Part shown: positions 23,941-37,600 of the stretch, piece by piece
Position numbering within the stretch: position 1 is the stretch's first letter
Layout of the letters: each line of letters opens with the position of its first letter
NCBI GenBank assembly: GCA_000934665.2
Contig: KZ538311.1
Span: 1-64,000, forward strand
Direction: 5' to 3'
From: Catajapyx aquilonaris
Lineage: Eukaryota
DNA: 64,000 bases
Program-made: the position numbers and the translations under genes
Notes under the pieces: generated by a model
What the model saw: only the letters and a program-made list of their open reading frames with translations
Told to the model about the DNA's origin: nothing
Databases searched by the model: none

Positions 23941-26900
23941 TGAACTTCTTGGGACACTTTGCACGGCTTAATAATTTTTGGACTGGGCTTCCACGCCTTG
24001 TCGACTTCTGAGTAGTGGCTATGCCTGCGGACTGAAAAGGAGCAAAAATTTGGATTCAGAGTTGGACTTCCGCAAATTTTCGCATTGTTGTGTTTTATAA
24101 ATCCATGTCAGATTCAATTTGCTGAGGTTTTATGGTTCAAATCCATGGTTTTGCTTCTCTTTTGTGCTCTTGTAATATAAGGCAAATGTAAATGTCCCAC
24201 ATACAGTACATGCGGTTTGTACTATTGACATAAGTAATTCAAGGACGCGGAAGTTCAGCTACGAAACCTACATGGTAAAAAAAGCGATGACTGATGAAGT
24301 ACAAATAAATAAGCAATCTATGTTCATTCCATAGAATGACATTGAAAGTGTCACATGAAAGTAATAAGTATACGATGAAGATACTTTCACAGGTGCCTGG
24401 CACTTTCAGTGTGCGGGTCCTAAATACGTGTCTATATGCGAGAATAATAAAACTGGAATAAAAATCAGGCAGCATAAATGAGAACAAGGTTAAGTCTTAG
24501 TGGTTTGTGCTATTTCGGCCCATATACATGTTTAATTACTCCCAGGGTGCCATAATGTTATTCCTAAGTTGACACCCCCAACAATGGTGGGCGGGTAAAA
24601 AAGTGATGGATTATTTCCTTCAGTTGCTCATTGCCATTAATATGTATGTACGCTCAACTGGAGCGACTAATCCACCATTATTTTCTTATCGGTCCCATTG
24701 TTGGAGGTGTCAGATTGTGCAGTCTGAATAATTGTTACTGAGACTGCCAGCATTAATTTCCAGCCAGACGTAAACACAGTAAAAAAATCATTATTACACT
24801 GTACATTAGCTCCAATAAAACACAATACCGAGGTTACCATATCATTCGTATCTTGTATAAAGAGACAGTAGTTTACACCCACTTGGGGACTGAACAATTC
24901 TCAGCAAATATTGTTGTTCACCGGCCAATAAAATCGCTGCAATTAGCCCTCGCCTGTCTCCAATAATCCCAATTTCTCCCCCTCCAATAAAGCACTTAGC
25001 ATGTACTACAAGGCCATGCCACGATTTCGGAAGAGCGTAACGAAAGACCCATCAAAACGAGACGTCGAGCACTAATTACTCATCCCTGCTTAACAAGAAA
25101 GGGCGTGGTCATGGTTTTTAAGACTGCTTTTTAAAAGGCAGAGAAAACGAGTCGAAATTAGTCCCCCTTTTTAAATGCCCTTTTGTCCATATAGCAGGAG
25201 ACGGATGTCACTTTGGCCAAGCTTATTTCTTACATGGCATTATTTTGTTTCACGGTGTAAAAACCTCAGCTTTCGGGGGGAAAGACATTCCGCACGCAAT
25301 CCTTCTCTGGGGAGGCTCGTCTTCCTTTAACTGCTGCCGTTCTGGTCACTGTGCATCCGGGCTTCTGGGTTATGCCGATTGGGGCTTATGTGGCTCACGG
25401 GTCTGGATAAAAGTCGCTTTCACACCCCGCCTGCTTGCTGGCTGTTGCCTTTGCCTTTACCTGCAGGGCTGTCACTCAAAATGGGGAAATGGGGCCGCAC
25501 AATTAAGCACTGCGCAGGGAATATTATTAGTTGGAGGATTGTTCACCTCCAGCAACCCAGGTTGGCTCGGAGAGGGATAAACATATCTCTTCGTGAAGAC
25601 TATTGGACAGTGAACCAACCGGTATAATGGACAGCTGCACTTTTGAAGGGGACAATATACATGGACCAGGATGTTGAGATACCGTATACTGAGAGTGGGC
25701 AAATAATACAGTTAATATCAGACACATGCAGGTGACGTGTTGCTCTGAAAGGCTCGGGTCACATTAGTAGAAAAAAATCATCATTGTATCAGTAAAGTCA
25801 TGACCATGTATGTGAATTTAAAAAATAATGTACTGTATGCTGTAAATTACTGAGAGTGTAAACACGGATTTTGAGGAGAAACAATTGGGGTTGATAAAAC
25901 AAAGCAATTAACTCTAAGATCTTGGCACAGATCTCTCTCAGGCCCCAAAAGAGCAATTTAATATTTAATTAGTACTTAATCGTAAGTGACCATCGTGTCA
26001 ACTAAGCATGATAGTCCCGCACTGCTTGTGCTTAGTGCTACTCAGCTCCTGTTCATAAAGAGAAGCAACCCTTTTGCGGTCCCGTGAGAAAACCTCGTGA
26101 CCTATATTAGAGGGAAATATTAAAATTATTATTATAACATGCTGTTAAATGCGATATTTTGGCTGTATCATTAAAATGTCACCAGAAGTTTCTTTGCTAC
26201 ATTTAGAGCCATTGTCACAGTTTTGATTGCCACGTGAAATGCTTTCAGCTATTTATTACTGTATGTTCACTCGATTGTGACGTAGGACAAGGTTATGTAA
26301 AGGTCTCAGATGTAACTGTGTAGGCGAGTAGCTTATAAAAAATGTTTTCACATCAGTTGAATGTACTACAGCAATGTGCATGTAACCAAAATGTTCTCGA
26401 TAACTCAGGTCATTCCGTTATACTGATTTTGTGTGCCAGGTACCTATCATTCCTAACTGTACCGCTAGTAAGTTCACAGACCTGTTTTTTTAAAAAATAC
26501 TACATCAAATCAAATAACATGCCCTTTAGATATAGGCTTCTGTAACTTGACACGTTTTATTGCCAGAGCATAACGTTTCCTCCCAAAAGTATGATGTGTA
26601 ATAATTAAAATGCAAACGTTTTCAGGCATTTAATGGACCATAAAATGTATACCTGTGTGATAACGTCCTCTTGAATTTATTCTTAAAAAAAATATAGCGT
26701 CAAAGGTGATTTAAATGGTCATACTGAAGCACATGCTACCATTTTGAAAGTGAGTCACACACTGCATAATTATTTTAGATTAAAATTTGCATGTTTAATG
26801 TAAATGTACTGGTTTCAATATGCTTAAAAATATTAAATACGTCTTCAGATTTTATATGTGCTTTTCAAAAAAAATGCTTGAGTAATAGTGTTGTTTTATT

Positions 26901-28116
26901 GCACAAATGTGGGAAGTCCTTAAAAGATGAATAATTGCACATATTACTCCGAAGAATAGTCTAATATTTATTTCAACAAATTCTTTCATATATGATGACG
27001 TATTTAATGGCCGCTTATGCTTGAGATGATGACAATAATACAATTACCAACATGAAAGTCCAATTGCTGAGTTGAGGGAAAGTAAATCCTATCACACCAC
27101 TGCATTTGAGGAAATAAAGTAATTATCATGACAGGTGACAAAAAACGGTTTGACGGACCCAAGTGCACCGTTAATTCCCAAAATTGGCGAGAACACATTT
27201 TTTTTCCTTCGCAAAAAAAAGGGTCGTGTAACTTGTCAGTCACGGAACTACCACCTCCGAGTAGGTGTGTCAGTACACTCCTCTTCAATGAAGATTAGCG
27301 AGGAAAGAGAATTTGCATGCAGGGAAAGTGATACATGACGACATGTTATTCAAAGGCAGTCAGTCGTGGTCCTTAGGGCGAGGTCTGCGGAGCGAGTCGT
27401 GACAGGTGCTCTCGAAGGAAAATTTCACTTGCATTACATTACTTTGGTTACTCTTAGTTCACGAGGGCACTTGGCACACCGGGAAGTTTTCAATGGAAAT
27501 AAAAGCTACGGAAGGAGTTGTTAAAATGTCACGCTCTGCCTACTGCTGCTCCTACAGACCCAGTCTGGTGCACTCTTATTTTTTTTCATTCAATTTTTTT
27601 TGCCATTGTATCGTGCAATCTCTCACCGCATTGTTCCTCTCCTGTGTGTGTGTGTACTCTATGCAGAAAGCTCGAAAGAAACGTATAGTTAGCCAAGTGT
27701 GATCTGATTACGTTTATGACTAACTGTTATTCATTTTTTTTAAAGGAGCAACATTGAGAGGCCCAACTTCAGCCCTGCCAGAGAGCATTGAAGAACAGTT
27801 AAATGCGTCAGTGCAGGTAACAGCAAATTGAATTGCACTGCCAGTGAGCAGTAAAAAAAAGGGTCAAGGAATGCTTTGTCCTTTTTTGGTGCGAACTTGC
27901 TCCAGTCAGTTCCCTTCCCTGATACGTACTGTACGTGACAAAGGATGATGCGATAAGAGTTCATTGTCACTTTCAACCATCCTTCATTTCCTGGAAAACT
28001 AACCGTGCCGTGCATGGTTCGAAACTGCATTATGCAGTTTAACAGTCCTTTTTTGTTCATGTCACTTTCACACTAAAATCAGTGTGACAGGTGTAACTGT
28101 TACCATGTGTTTTCAG

Positions 28117-31100
28117 ATCGAAGAGGATGACCTCAACGCAAATGCCACTGACCTTGTGGTGCTGGTGCCCGATGAAGATTCAAACGACACAGTGGAAGTG
28201 TACGAGTCGCTAGAGAACATCACCAACGAGAGCACTGAGGCGACATTCTTCACGACATCGACGACGAGTCCTCCGGATAAGAAAGAAGCAGAAGTGGTGG
28301 TTGTGCTGCCGATTCGCATGAGAGGCAAGAGGCCATCGGCAAAAGAGATCCGAAGGAGGCAAGAAGAGGTACAAGATGAAGGAATTAATCCTCTAGAAGA
28401 AATCTTGCCTCGAGTGACCTTTGACTGCACTGATCGCCATGAGGGTTACTACGCGGATTTGGAGTTCGAATGCAGGGTATTCCACTTCTGCACCGAGAAT
28501 GGTGTGAGACACACCTACTTGTGCGGCGGAAACGCCACTTTCAACCAGGTGTGAACTCGCTCAATTACTTGCAGTTATATACCCTTTATTTTCCAGTGGA
28601 ATGAAGCGGAATATGTCCAAAGGCGGATGAGTCTGCACGACTCGATTTATTCAATTATCACTGCATTTGCTATGCTTTCTTGCATTCATCTCTCTAATTG
28701 CTTTCTGTGATCTCAACCTTGAAAATGTGATATTTGGCTGTTTTTTTTTTTCGAGGAGAAACGGACGTCTCGCGGTGACTTTCCCTAATGTTTTTACCGG
28801 CAGGAGAAACCTTTCTAATTGCGCATGCGAGTGTATTTATACTGTCCAAGACCGAGAAGTATATTTCCGCTAACTATACATCCTTGTATTTCCCTAACAG
28901 AAAGTCATGACCTGCGACTACTCCACAAATGCAGTTTGCAACGAATCGTCCACATACTTCCACATGAACGAGGTCAAGTTTCAGAAGGACGTTCAGCACT
29001 CTGCAGGACAACCCCAAGCCAAGAGGGAAGGACCACCAGTGAGGCTGCATCTTCCAAAGGGCACGCAATCTGCAAAGCATCCGGAGAAGTCTCCAATGTG
29101 GAAGCAGTACATGCGACCAGCATCTTCGCCGTCGTCGAGTGAACTGAACGCAGTTCCTCCTGAGGTCAAATCTTCCTGGAAGGGCGAAAAGGGCGATAGT
29201 GACCCGACTTTTAACAGTCCTCCTCCTGATGTGTTCGACAACAGCGAGCACCAAATTGCACGAAGAGGTCCTCTGATAGGTCCGATCAGTGTTGAAGAAA
29301 GGTCGTCTGTTAGCGACGAAGTCAGTATTGAGAGCTCTCCGATCATTGAACAAAAGGAAAGTACGATTGTAAAGTACGGAGATGATCGTCCGGCTGTTTA
29401 TAATGTTCCAATAGTACCTTTAACAAGCATTCACGTGCTGACCTCCCTAAAGCCTGTTTTGTTGAACGAGCAGCCAACACCTGAAGTTGTCCAGTATGAG
29501 CCGGTATTTTCACAGCTTTACAATGATCCTGTTTTGGAGGAACTGGAGAGAGAAGTAGAAGAGAGATGGGTAGCATCAGGTGAACGAAGACGACAGGAAT
29601 TGGAGGCAGAGAAAAAGGTGATTCAAGATGAAGTTGTCGCTGAAAATGTTCCTGAGAACAAGGCCGTAGAAGAAGAGGCGACTGATTCACCTCTGGTTCG
29701 TGAAATTGTACCTGAGACGACGGAAAGCAGCGTACCAGCTAGTGAAGAAGCTGAACTAAAATCAGAGACGGTGGAAGTACAGCTTGTGCCAGTAGTAAAT
29801 GACAACGACAAATTTGCAGTAAACGCTGCGTTCAATATGACAAATCAACACAATGAAAACAACTTGAACGACTCGTCGGCTCACACCGAACATGATTTTG
29901 CTCATGTCCGGTCTTGGAGACGGCGCAGGATTACCACATCATCGCCAGCAGTTACCAGAACGCCAATCACAACAGTCAGAGACGCACAGTCCATTATAAG
30001 AAGGCAACAACAATACAGACCACGTGCATTTAAAACTCGAAACGTCAAAACTCCAGAATACAGGAAGAAATATTGGGTCAGAAGTAGGGGGCCTGTACCT
30101 TCAACGGACAATAAAGAGAACGAAACCCAACAAGACATAAACAAGTCAGAGATTTTGACATCGACTCCTTCAAGCATTATTCTTGAGACAACAGTGGCAC
30201 CGACCCTACAAATTCCTTCCGACAACCTGCCAGAAATTGTGGAAGAGATCGAAGCAAAGAAGGACCCCGAAGTGGTAACACTTATTCTCAGTACTACTGT
30301 AGGACCTACAGAAATTGAGTACACGTTGCCACCAAATCCAACTTTCGAAATAAAGGAAGTACCTGCGGTGGTTGCAGAGGCCAGAAGCTTAGAATTGGAT
30401 CAAATCAGTCAAAATGGGCATCCTTCTTTGGAACACTCGAGCGAAGAAGCAGATTTTTTCTTCCCAAACATCAGGGCGCATCCGGATGAGGAAAAACTTC
30501 GCGGAAAACGTCGAGTTGCAGTTTTAGTGAGCGAGAGAGAAACTCGCAGAAATTTTGACAAAGACGGATTGGAAGCTTTTAGAGCATTGTCTCATTTTGC
30601 TGAAGCAGGTGCTCCTCTGCATAGAGAAGCGCTGTACGAGGTGCCTGATCATACCGTACCGTACCCTGACATTACACCTGTGGACGGTTACTTCGGATCC
30701 AAAATGCCTGTTGCACAAGACAGGAGTGGGGAAATAGATGATACTCCTGATTCACCAGTGAGACGAAACAGGCAGAGGTTGGCACAAAGAACAGATCCGA
30801 GCAAGAGAAATGACCGCAGGCCTCTAGAATTTGACGACAGCTCCGAAGTCACCTTTGTTAAAGAGGAACGTCGAGATGGAGAGTTCAAGCCATCGTTTGG
30901 TCCTCCGAAAAGAAAACCAGAGAAGCATCTGGTGCGACCAAGCAGAGACGAAGGGCAGGAAAATCCGGAATCAAGACGAAAGCATCGCCCTAGTTCTCCA
31001 GACCAATCAGGTTCACCCCAGACAATCGAGATAGTGAGGCACAGTCGTCCATCAGACCAGCGGTATTTGAACAGAAGGCCAACCTCTTCTGATCACAGGC

Positions 31101-34100
31101 ACCATCACAGCCCGCATCACTCTTCGTCGAAACATTCTCACGACAAAGTGAGGGCAGACGAGAGAGGTCACGGTCACCATCCTCCTGGAATTCCTCCAGT
31201 TCTCTATCAAAGGCCCCAGTTCGCACCTATTGGAAGTCTTGTCAACAACTTGGGATATCCTTCTTCGATATACCAGCTCAGAGACGAACCGCTCCCTGTG
31301 CGACCTTTGGAGACGAGCAAACGACAGGTGCATCACGGTCAATCCAGACCGACAAAGCAGGACGTAAGAAAACCCGGATCACTCTTCCAGGACTTTGAAG
31401 AAATAGCCCTGCCCCAGTTCCATCAAATATTGGAGCAGTATGAGCTGAGCGATCCTAGGGGTGTACGGCAAGGAGCTAATCCTCATTTGGCTCACAACAG
31501 GCCGATTCCTCTTCAAGGACCACCGGGGCACCATCCGCATTTGCCAGTACACCACCAACCGCCTCTGGAGTTCCATCCCGATTTGTTTCAAGCTCAGGGA
31601 CCTACCAGAGTCGTCCCTCACGACAGACGACCTGGACACATCCCTCAGGAAGCCCTTGCCCAATTCCAGAACCACAGGCCACAACCTTTCCGGATACCTG
31701 GCCACACCCAGCAAACTTTCGGTGGGCATCAGTTTGCTCAGAATCAGTTCTTCTCCTTGAATCCTCAGCAGTTGCACCACACTCCAGGACACGGTCACGG
31801 TGCTGGGGGTGTTCCAGGCGGACATGGTAGCAGGTTCTCGCCTCCAGTGAATCTGAGACCATTTGTCTTACTGCTGGACGAACACACTGACAAGCCCGCT
31901 GAAGGGTCTAAGACGAAGATTCCAAACGAAGTGGTGTCGCATCTGACAACAGCAGCACCTCATATAGAAAAGCCATTGTCTGCACAGAACACTAGACACA
32001 GGGTACCACAAAGAGTCAAGGTGGTAACGACAACACCAGACACCAAATTGCAGGAAGAAAGCAGCGTCGAACCCACACCATCTCCGGAGCAGTTCAGACG
32101 GGTTCGACCCAAGGTGCGAACCAGTCCTCCACCTGCAACACGGAGACCCACCAGACCCACTGCCACCAGACCAACAAGACCTACCACACACCAGCCAACA
32201 GTCATCAGCGAAACAGTACAGAGGAGGCCCTTGAAGACGTCCTTCATATACAACTCTGACGAGGATGACGGCGAGGAGTCTGTCCCTGCATTGGCACCTC
32301 AAAGACACAACAAGCCCGTGGTCCACCGGCCTCACCTGGACGGATCCAGCGAGTCTGAAGAAGGCTTCTCCGGAGAGGCGCCAAGATTTCCAAACCGTCC
32401 GTTCAACGTATATTTCAACTCGGACGAGTCGTACGAGCACTCGGAAGAAAATTCGGATGAGAGTGGTGAGCAACCCAATCACTTCCCGAGACAACCTCAG
32501 AGACCGCAGAGGCCACAACGCCCTACCTCACCACCTCCTCAAACCAGACACCGTCCTAGGGATCCAACAAGAACCCAGCATCCGTCCACAATCATTCCTA
32601 ACTTTCCTCTAGAAGAGTACAAGGAAGACGCTCCCATCGAAGTGGTGACTTCTCCAGTATTACGCAACTTTGGCGAAGGCGGTACGGTCAGACCTAATGT
32701 CGAATCGCAAAAGATTTTGCAGCATTTCACTACGCCTAATCCAAACGCACTCTTGTTCACGGTGACTCCTGATCAGATTCAAGGAAAGCCTACTACTCCG
32801 CAAAACTTCGGATCATTCGAGGTTCAGTCGAACGGGGCTGAACAAAACGCAATACTAGGTGTCACACCAGATGGCAATCCTTCCACGCAGATTCCGCACA
32901 AGGAAGAGCCCACATTTCAAAGGGGACGTGTCCCGATACGAAACACAGGTCAACATCAAAGAGTACCACAAACGGCAGAAACTACTCCAGAGAACAATGT
33001 AGTGGACGTGCCTTCCAGACGACCATCTAAGCCAGTGAGAGTCAACCACCACGCTTCTGGAGAAGTCCAACCGCCAGAAACAACCACTGAGACAGGACAC
33101 CTGAAAATCCCCGGAAGAAGAGTCCCAGTCAGACAACGCAGGCCAAACCAAAACCAAAACCCAAACCCCGAGCAAGCTGAATCCGAAGTGAAATCCACAC
33201 GTGGAAGGCTACCACCTGGAGTTGTTAGACGACGTCCCATCAAAGAGACCACGGAATCTCCAGACACAAAAGTTGCTGAAGAAACTGCAGAAAATTCGGT
33301 GAAGAGAGTGCCTGCTGCAGAAGCCTCACAACAGGAGAGTCCAGACGAACCGACATCAGACGATGCCACGACTGAAGCTCCTCTGAAGAATCCTCAGAGG
33401 ACCAGAGTACGTACTCCAGGACTCCGAAACCAACTGAGGCCAAGACCTTGGGCTGGACTTGGAAATCGACTGAACGGGGTCAAAAAGGACGAGAACGAAT
33501 CGACATCAAACAGAGATTCAGAGCTTCAGGTGACCACACCGCTGTCTGAACTGTCCGAAACCGCCACCCGTGCACTTCTACGCAACAGGCTTAATAATTT
33601 GCAAAAGCTAAGAAACTCCAGCAATGGTAGGTTGAGGTTTCCGCTTAGGTTTGGAGCCGGACAGCGCCAAAAAGAGCCAACAGAAGATGAGCCAATGAAG
33701 GAAGCGTCTGTGTCTGTTGAATCCGCCGCATCAGACAAAGCCGAAGAGCAGCTGTTTTCAACCAGTGAAGCACCACTGACAAGCTCCAGAACACCTCTGA
33801 TTGGTCGTATTCGTCCAGCCGCCCCTCTTTTTGTCCGAAACAGCAATGGAAACAGCCGATTCAGCAGCAGATATCGCTCGCCTACAGAAGGGCCTGAAGA
33901 TATGACTTCAGAAGCGGAGGAATATGACGTGGCCACTTCCAAACCGGAAGGTGTAGAAGAAAGTAGACAGGAGTCGACAACCAGCTTCAGCACTCAAGGT
34001 GCATCTTTACCTGCATCCGCTTCAGACCGGCTGAAGGCTCTGTACCGAAAGAGAAATTCGTTGCTGAAGACGCGAAACCCTCAAGGCGAAGTCGATTCTC

Positions 34101-34609
34101 AGGACAACCAAGCGGTCGAAGGGAAGGCTGTCATGACCAGCGCTCTGATGTCAGGAGGTCACATCACCCTGACCACCACGACCGAAAAGCCATCCTCGGA
34201 AGAGACAAGTTCAGAAGAGACGTCCACATCTGCCCCGACGGAAGAACAGGTCGCATCTCCATACACACCACCTGTGTTCAGGGATGCTAAAACCATACTG
34301 AACATAAAACACCTAATGGACGATTCATCTGAAAAGTTCGAGACACTCCATCCTAGCTTCACACTACCAGCTGTAACCACAACAACCAAGGCCGCATCGA
34401 CAACCACCGAAAAACCAACGACTACGACAGCTCCAACCACAGTCACAACGACCGAATCTACTACGACAACCCAGCTTCCTTCTTCGACAACCCAACTTCC
34501 TTCTTCGACAACCACCAAAGCGAACAAATTGAGCTTCACTTTTGCCACCGAGGACCCCATACTTCCAATCGAAGCTTTACTTTCATTCCGCCGAAGAGAC
34601 AGCAGATAA
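28117..34609 (+). CDS. Giant single chitin-binding type-2 (peritrophin-A) domain protein, CPAP1/mucin-like, >2040 aa; 5' end incomplete
   Basis: Exons 28117-28548 and 28901-34609 (phase 0) rebuild FDCTDRHEGYYADLEFECRVFHFC...YLCGGNATFNQ|KVMTCDYSTNAVC (6 Cys), followed by ~1900 aa of low-complexity sequence. AATAAA near 34829 and 35086. Confidence 0.9.
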
Positions 34610-37600
34610 AATCAATTTGGTACCGAGTGTTCCGAGTGCAACCAAAGTCTTCACAAGATATTCCTTCACACTCAGTACAAACACATTTGGTTGTTGTTTT
34701 TTTCGCAAAGAAAACATATTTGGCACCAAAGGGGATTAAGCGCGGCACACAAAAGTGTAAATACCCTGAGAGTGACAGCAGTATAGAGACTGACAAAGAA
34801 TAATTTCCTTCTAAAAAAAGGAGATTTTGAATAAAACCGCGGCCAAGGATGGAAAAAGCTCCAAGTCACACGCCGTGCATTGTAATAATAATTTGTAGCG
34901 AGCCTATTTATTGTGCACTTCGCAAGTTGCTTTGGAATTACTGGAGACTTAACTATCACCTAATTGAGGCGAGCACATCACTAGTTGAAGATTGCGTTTC
35001 AACAATTTCGCTACTACTTTATACTGCAGCTGCCTTCAGTGTGCGTTTTGGATCATGGTGTATGTTGTACTACAAAATGAATGAAAATAAAACTCTTTTT
35101 ATGTAATTTAGAAACTTTAACTTCCATTGTATATAGCGCTTTCAGGCTGTGCTCACTCATCTGAATTTATTGCATTAATTAGTTCCGTAAACAATTTTCG
35201 GATTTTTTCACCTCATTGTTTATTAATGATAACAATGATGACGTCATTCACAACTTTCAGAGTTTAATTTATTTCTATTGTATAAATTAATATTTTGATA
35301 AAATAATACTAAACAGCTTTCAGAGGGACATGCACTGAACGTTGTCATGAGGGTAGCGGAATGTCAGGATATTTTCTCCTCAGAAATAACACTACGTGAC
35401 AGGCAGCTATAAACTATCAAGTATGTGCTAAAATTATAGTGTTAGTTTTGCGAGGTACTTGCTAGGTACAGTACAATATTAAGATTCTGCATTCATAGAC
35501 ATGTGCTAGAATATTCTAGGAAATAGTATGAATTTCATTTGCAATCAAGGTGATCAGAGAAAGTAATATGTATTTACCGGTGTGGTGCTAATTGGAAAGT
35601 TGGCGCTACTTGTTCTTTAAAGATAAATATTGTACAGTTAGTTTATCTGGTTGGCAAGTCATACAGAAATTGATAAGATAACAAAGTGAACCAGTAAGTA
35701 ATATAGTGCTATCTATGGTAAGGAACAACTGAATTTCACTGAATTACCGTTTTTACGTTATTATTGAAACCAGTGGTTTATATATTTTGAGCTTTTTATT
35801 CGCATAATATTCGATAATTATACACGTGATCAACATTGCAAGGTCATTCACTAGTAACCTCCACAAACTGGTTAATTAGAGTGTATTTTAAAGTACTCGT
35901 TCTTTAAGTGATTTACACTTCCATTCATTTGTGATTCATTAAAATCCTTGTCTCAACCTAAGAGATGAAATGGATAAATAAAGATCCTGGAATCTCGTTT
36001 TTACAATGCCAGACGTCCTTGAAATGTAGCAGGTTCTTAGAACATGTATTTTTTTTACTACGAGAAAAGTTGCAACAACAGTATTTCCTGAGATAAAGCG
36101 ATATAAAGACAATGCACATACTGAATGCATGTTAAGTACAGTGCAACGGTAAGACGAACAAAAATATGTGCATGCAACTGCGGTTAGTCATATGTCCTGC
36201 CCAGTCCTGGATTCTTCCGACTACACCGACATAATATTATTGCTCAACTCCATTGACCACAGTGCCGCTTTTGATTGTGGAAATAGATACAAATCAGTTG
36301 AACTTATTTGATTTTTGAAGTATGAAAAGACGAAGACTTTTACTGTAAAATGCGAAGATTCAGTCGTGTTAGTTTGCATTATTACACACCTTGTTACACT
36401 GAAAAATCGATTGAAAATGTCAGCCACTTAGATAAGAATGCCAGATAACCTCGATTTGAAACTGCAGTAATCTATTCGCATCTGGATTACGTCACGCATA
36501 CCTTGAAGGACGGATGTGCCACAAATAGATGAAAGGAGATCAATCTACATATGCAGAGGGTATATAGTATAGGCTACACAGTACTGTTTTAACGATGCTT
36601 CCGCCATTTTTGAATCAAGCACCTGAAATCTGCAAAAAAAAAAAAATCTCATTCTTTCTGGACAACTCCATCGTGTCCCTACTGGCATTACAAACACATT
36701 TTTATCAGATGAAACTGACCCAATTATTGTAAAGCACCATTCCTGAATTTGAATTGCTAAATTATATCTCATTAATTACAGAGGTATAACTAAAGCGGAG
36801 TCACATGGCCACAAGTAGGTTGTTCTGGGCATGCTATACACCACAGCATGTCAGTTGTCACGCACTTGCTAAATGTCACATTGCGTTTATCTGGCCTGCC
36901 GGGTGACACTTGCCTTAATCCTTCACTTTTATAATTGCAGACAAATATTATCTAGCTACATGATATTTTGCAAGTCTCATTATGGATGTAGTGTGCTGGT
37001 CATATTTAATATTTTGCAGTTTGATATTTTGCAGTTGACCTCAATGCCACTGGATTCAGACAACTATAGCCGGAGGGAGGCTGAGACAATTTAAAAAGCG
37101 ATGCTCTTGTTACTTGACTGCCACGAGTAAAATAAAAACCTAGGTGTAACTAGCTATTAATCAGAGTATGGCAGTATGCCTGATGTACTGTACTGAAATT
37201 CTTGCCTTCTTCTGACCATATGGTGTCCTTCCTGAAGTGGCAACATACTATATACTGTACATTCTTTGTAGTAGCCCCATATTTTCGTAGCACTGAAGAA
37301 TGCCAAGGTTGGCAAGAGAGGCATTCCACGTGCTCATTATTTTAGGCTATCACTGCATTCGTATGAAAAAAAATGCTGCCCAAATTTGCCCAAACTCTTG
37401 AGTCATGTTGAGGCAAATGCTAGGAATGAAATGACCTTTCGAAGTTTTCAGTGTACCCGAAGGAAGCCAGTAGCAGTTAACAAGCCTGTAAAACACCCGT
37501 TAGAATTTAGTGTTACGGTCTCTTTACTACTTTTTCAATTTGTAACCATAATAGTAATTATATAGTATTTATATCTATGTACAGTACAATATATCTGTAT

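Noticed and set aside
23727..23957. ORF with an ER repeat
   Set aside because: It is a translation of the (CT)n microsatellite.
28874..34560. Many antisense and alternative-frame ORFs over the giant exon (likewise over Jun and Dab)
   Set aside because: Shadow ORFs caused by low-complexity codon usage; no splice signals or domains.
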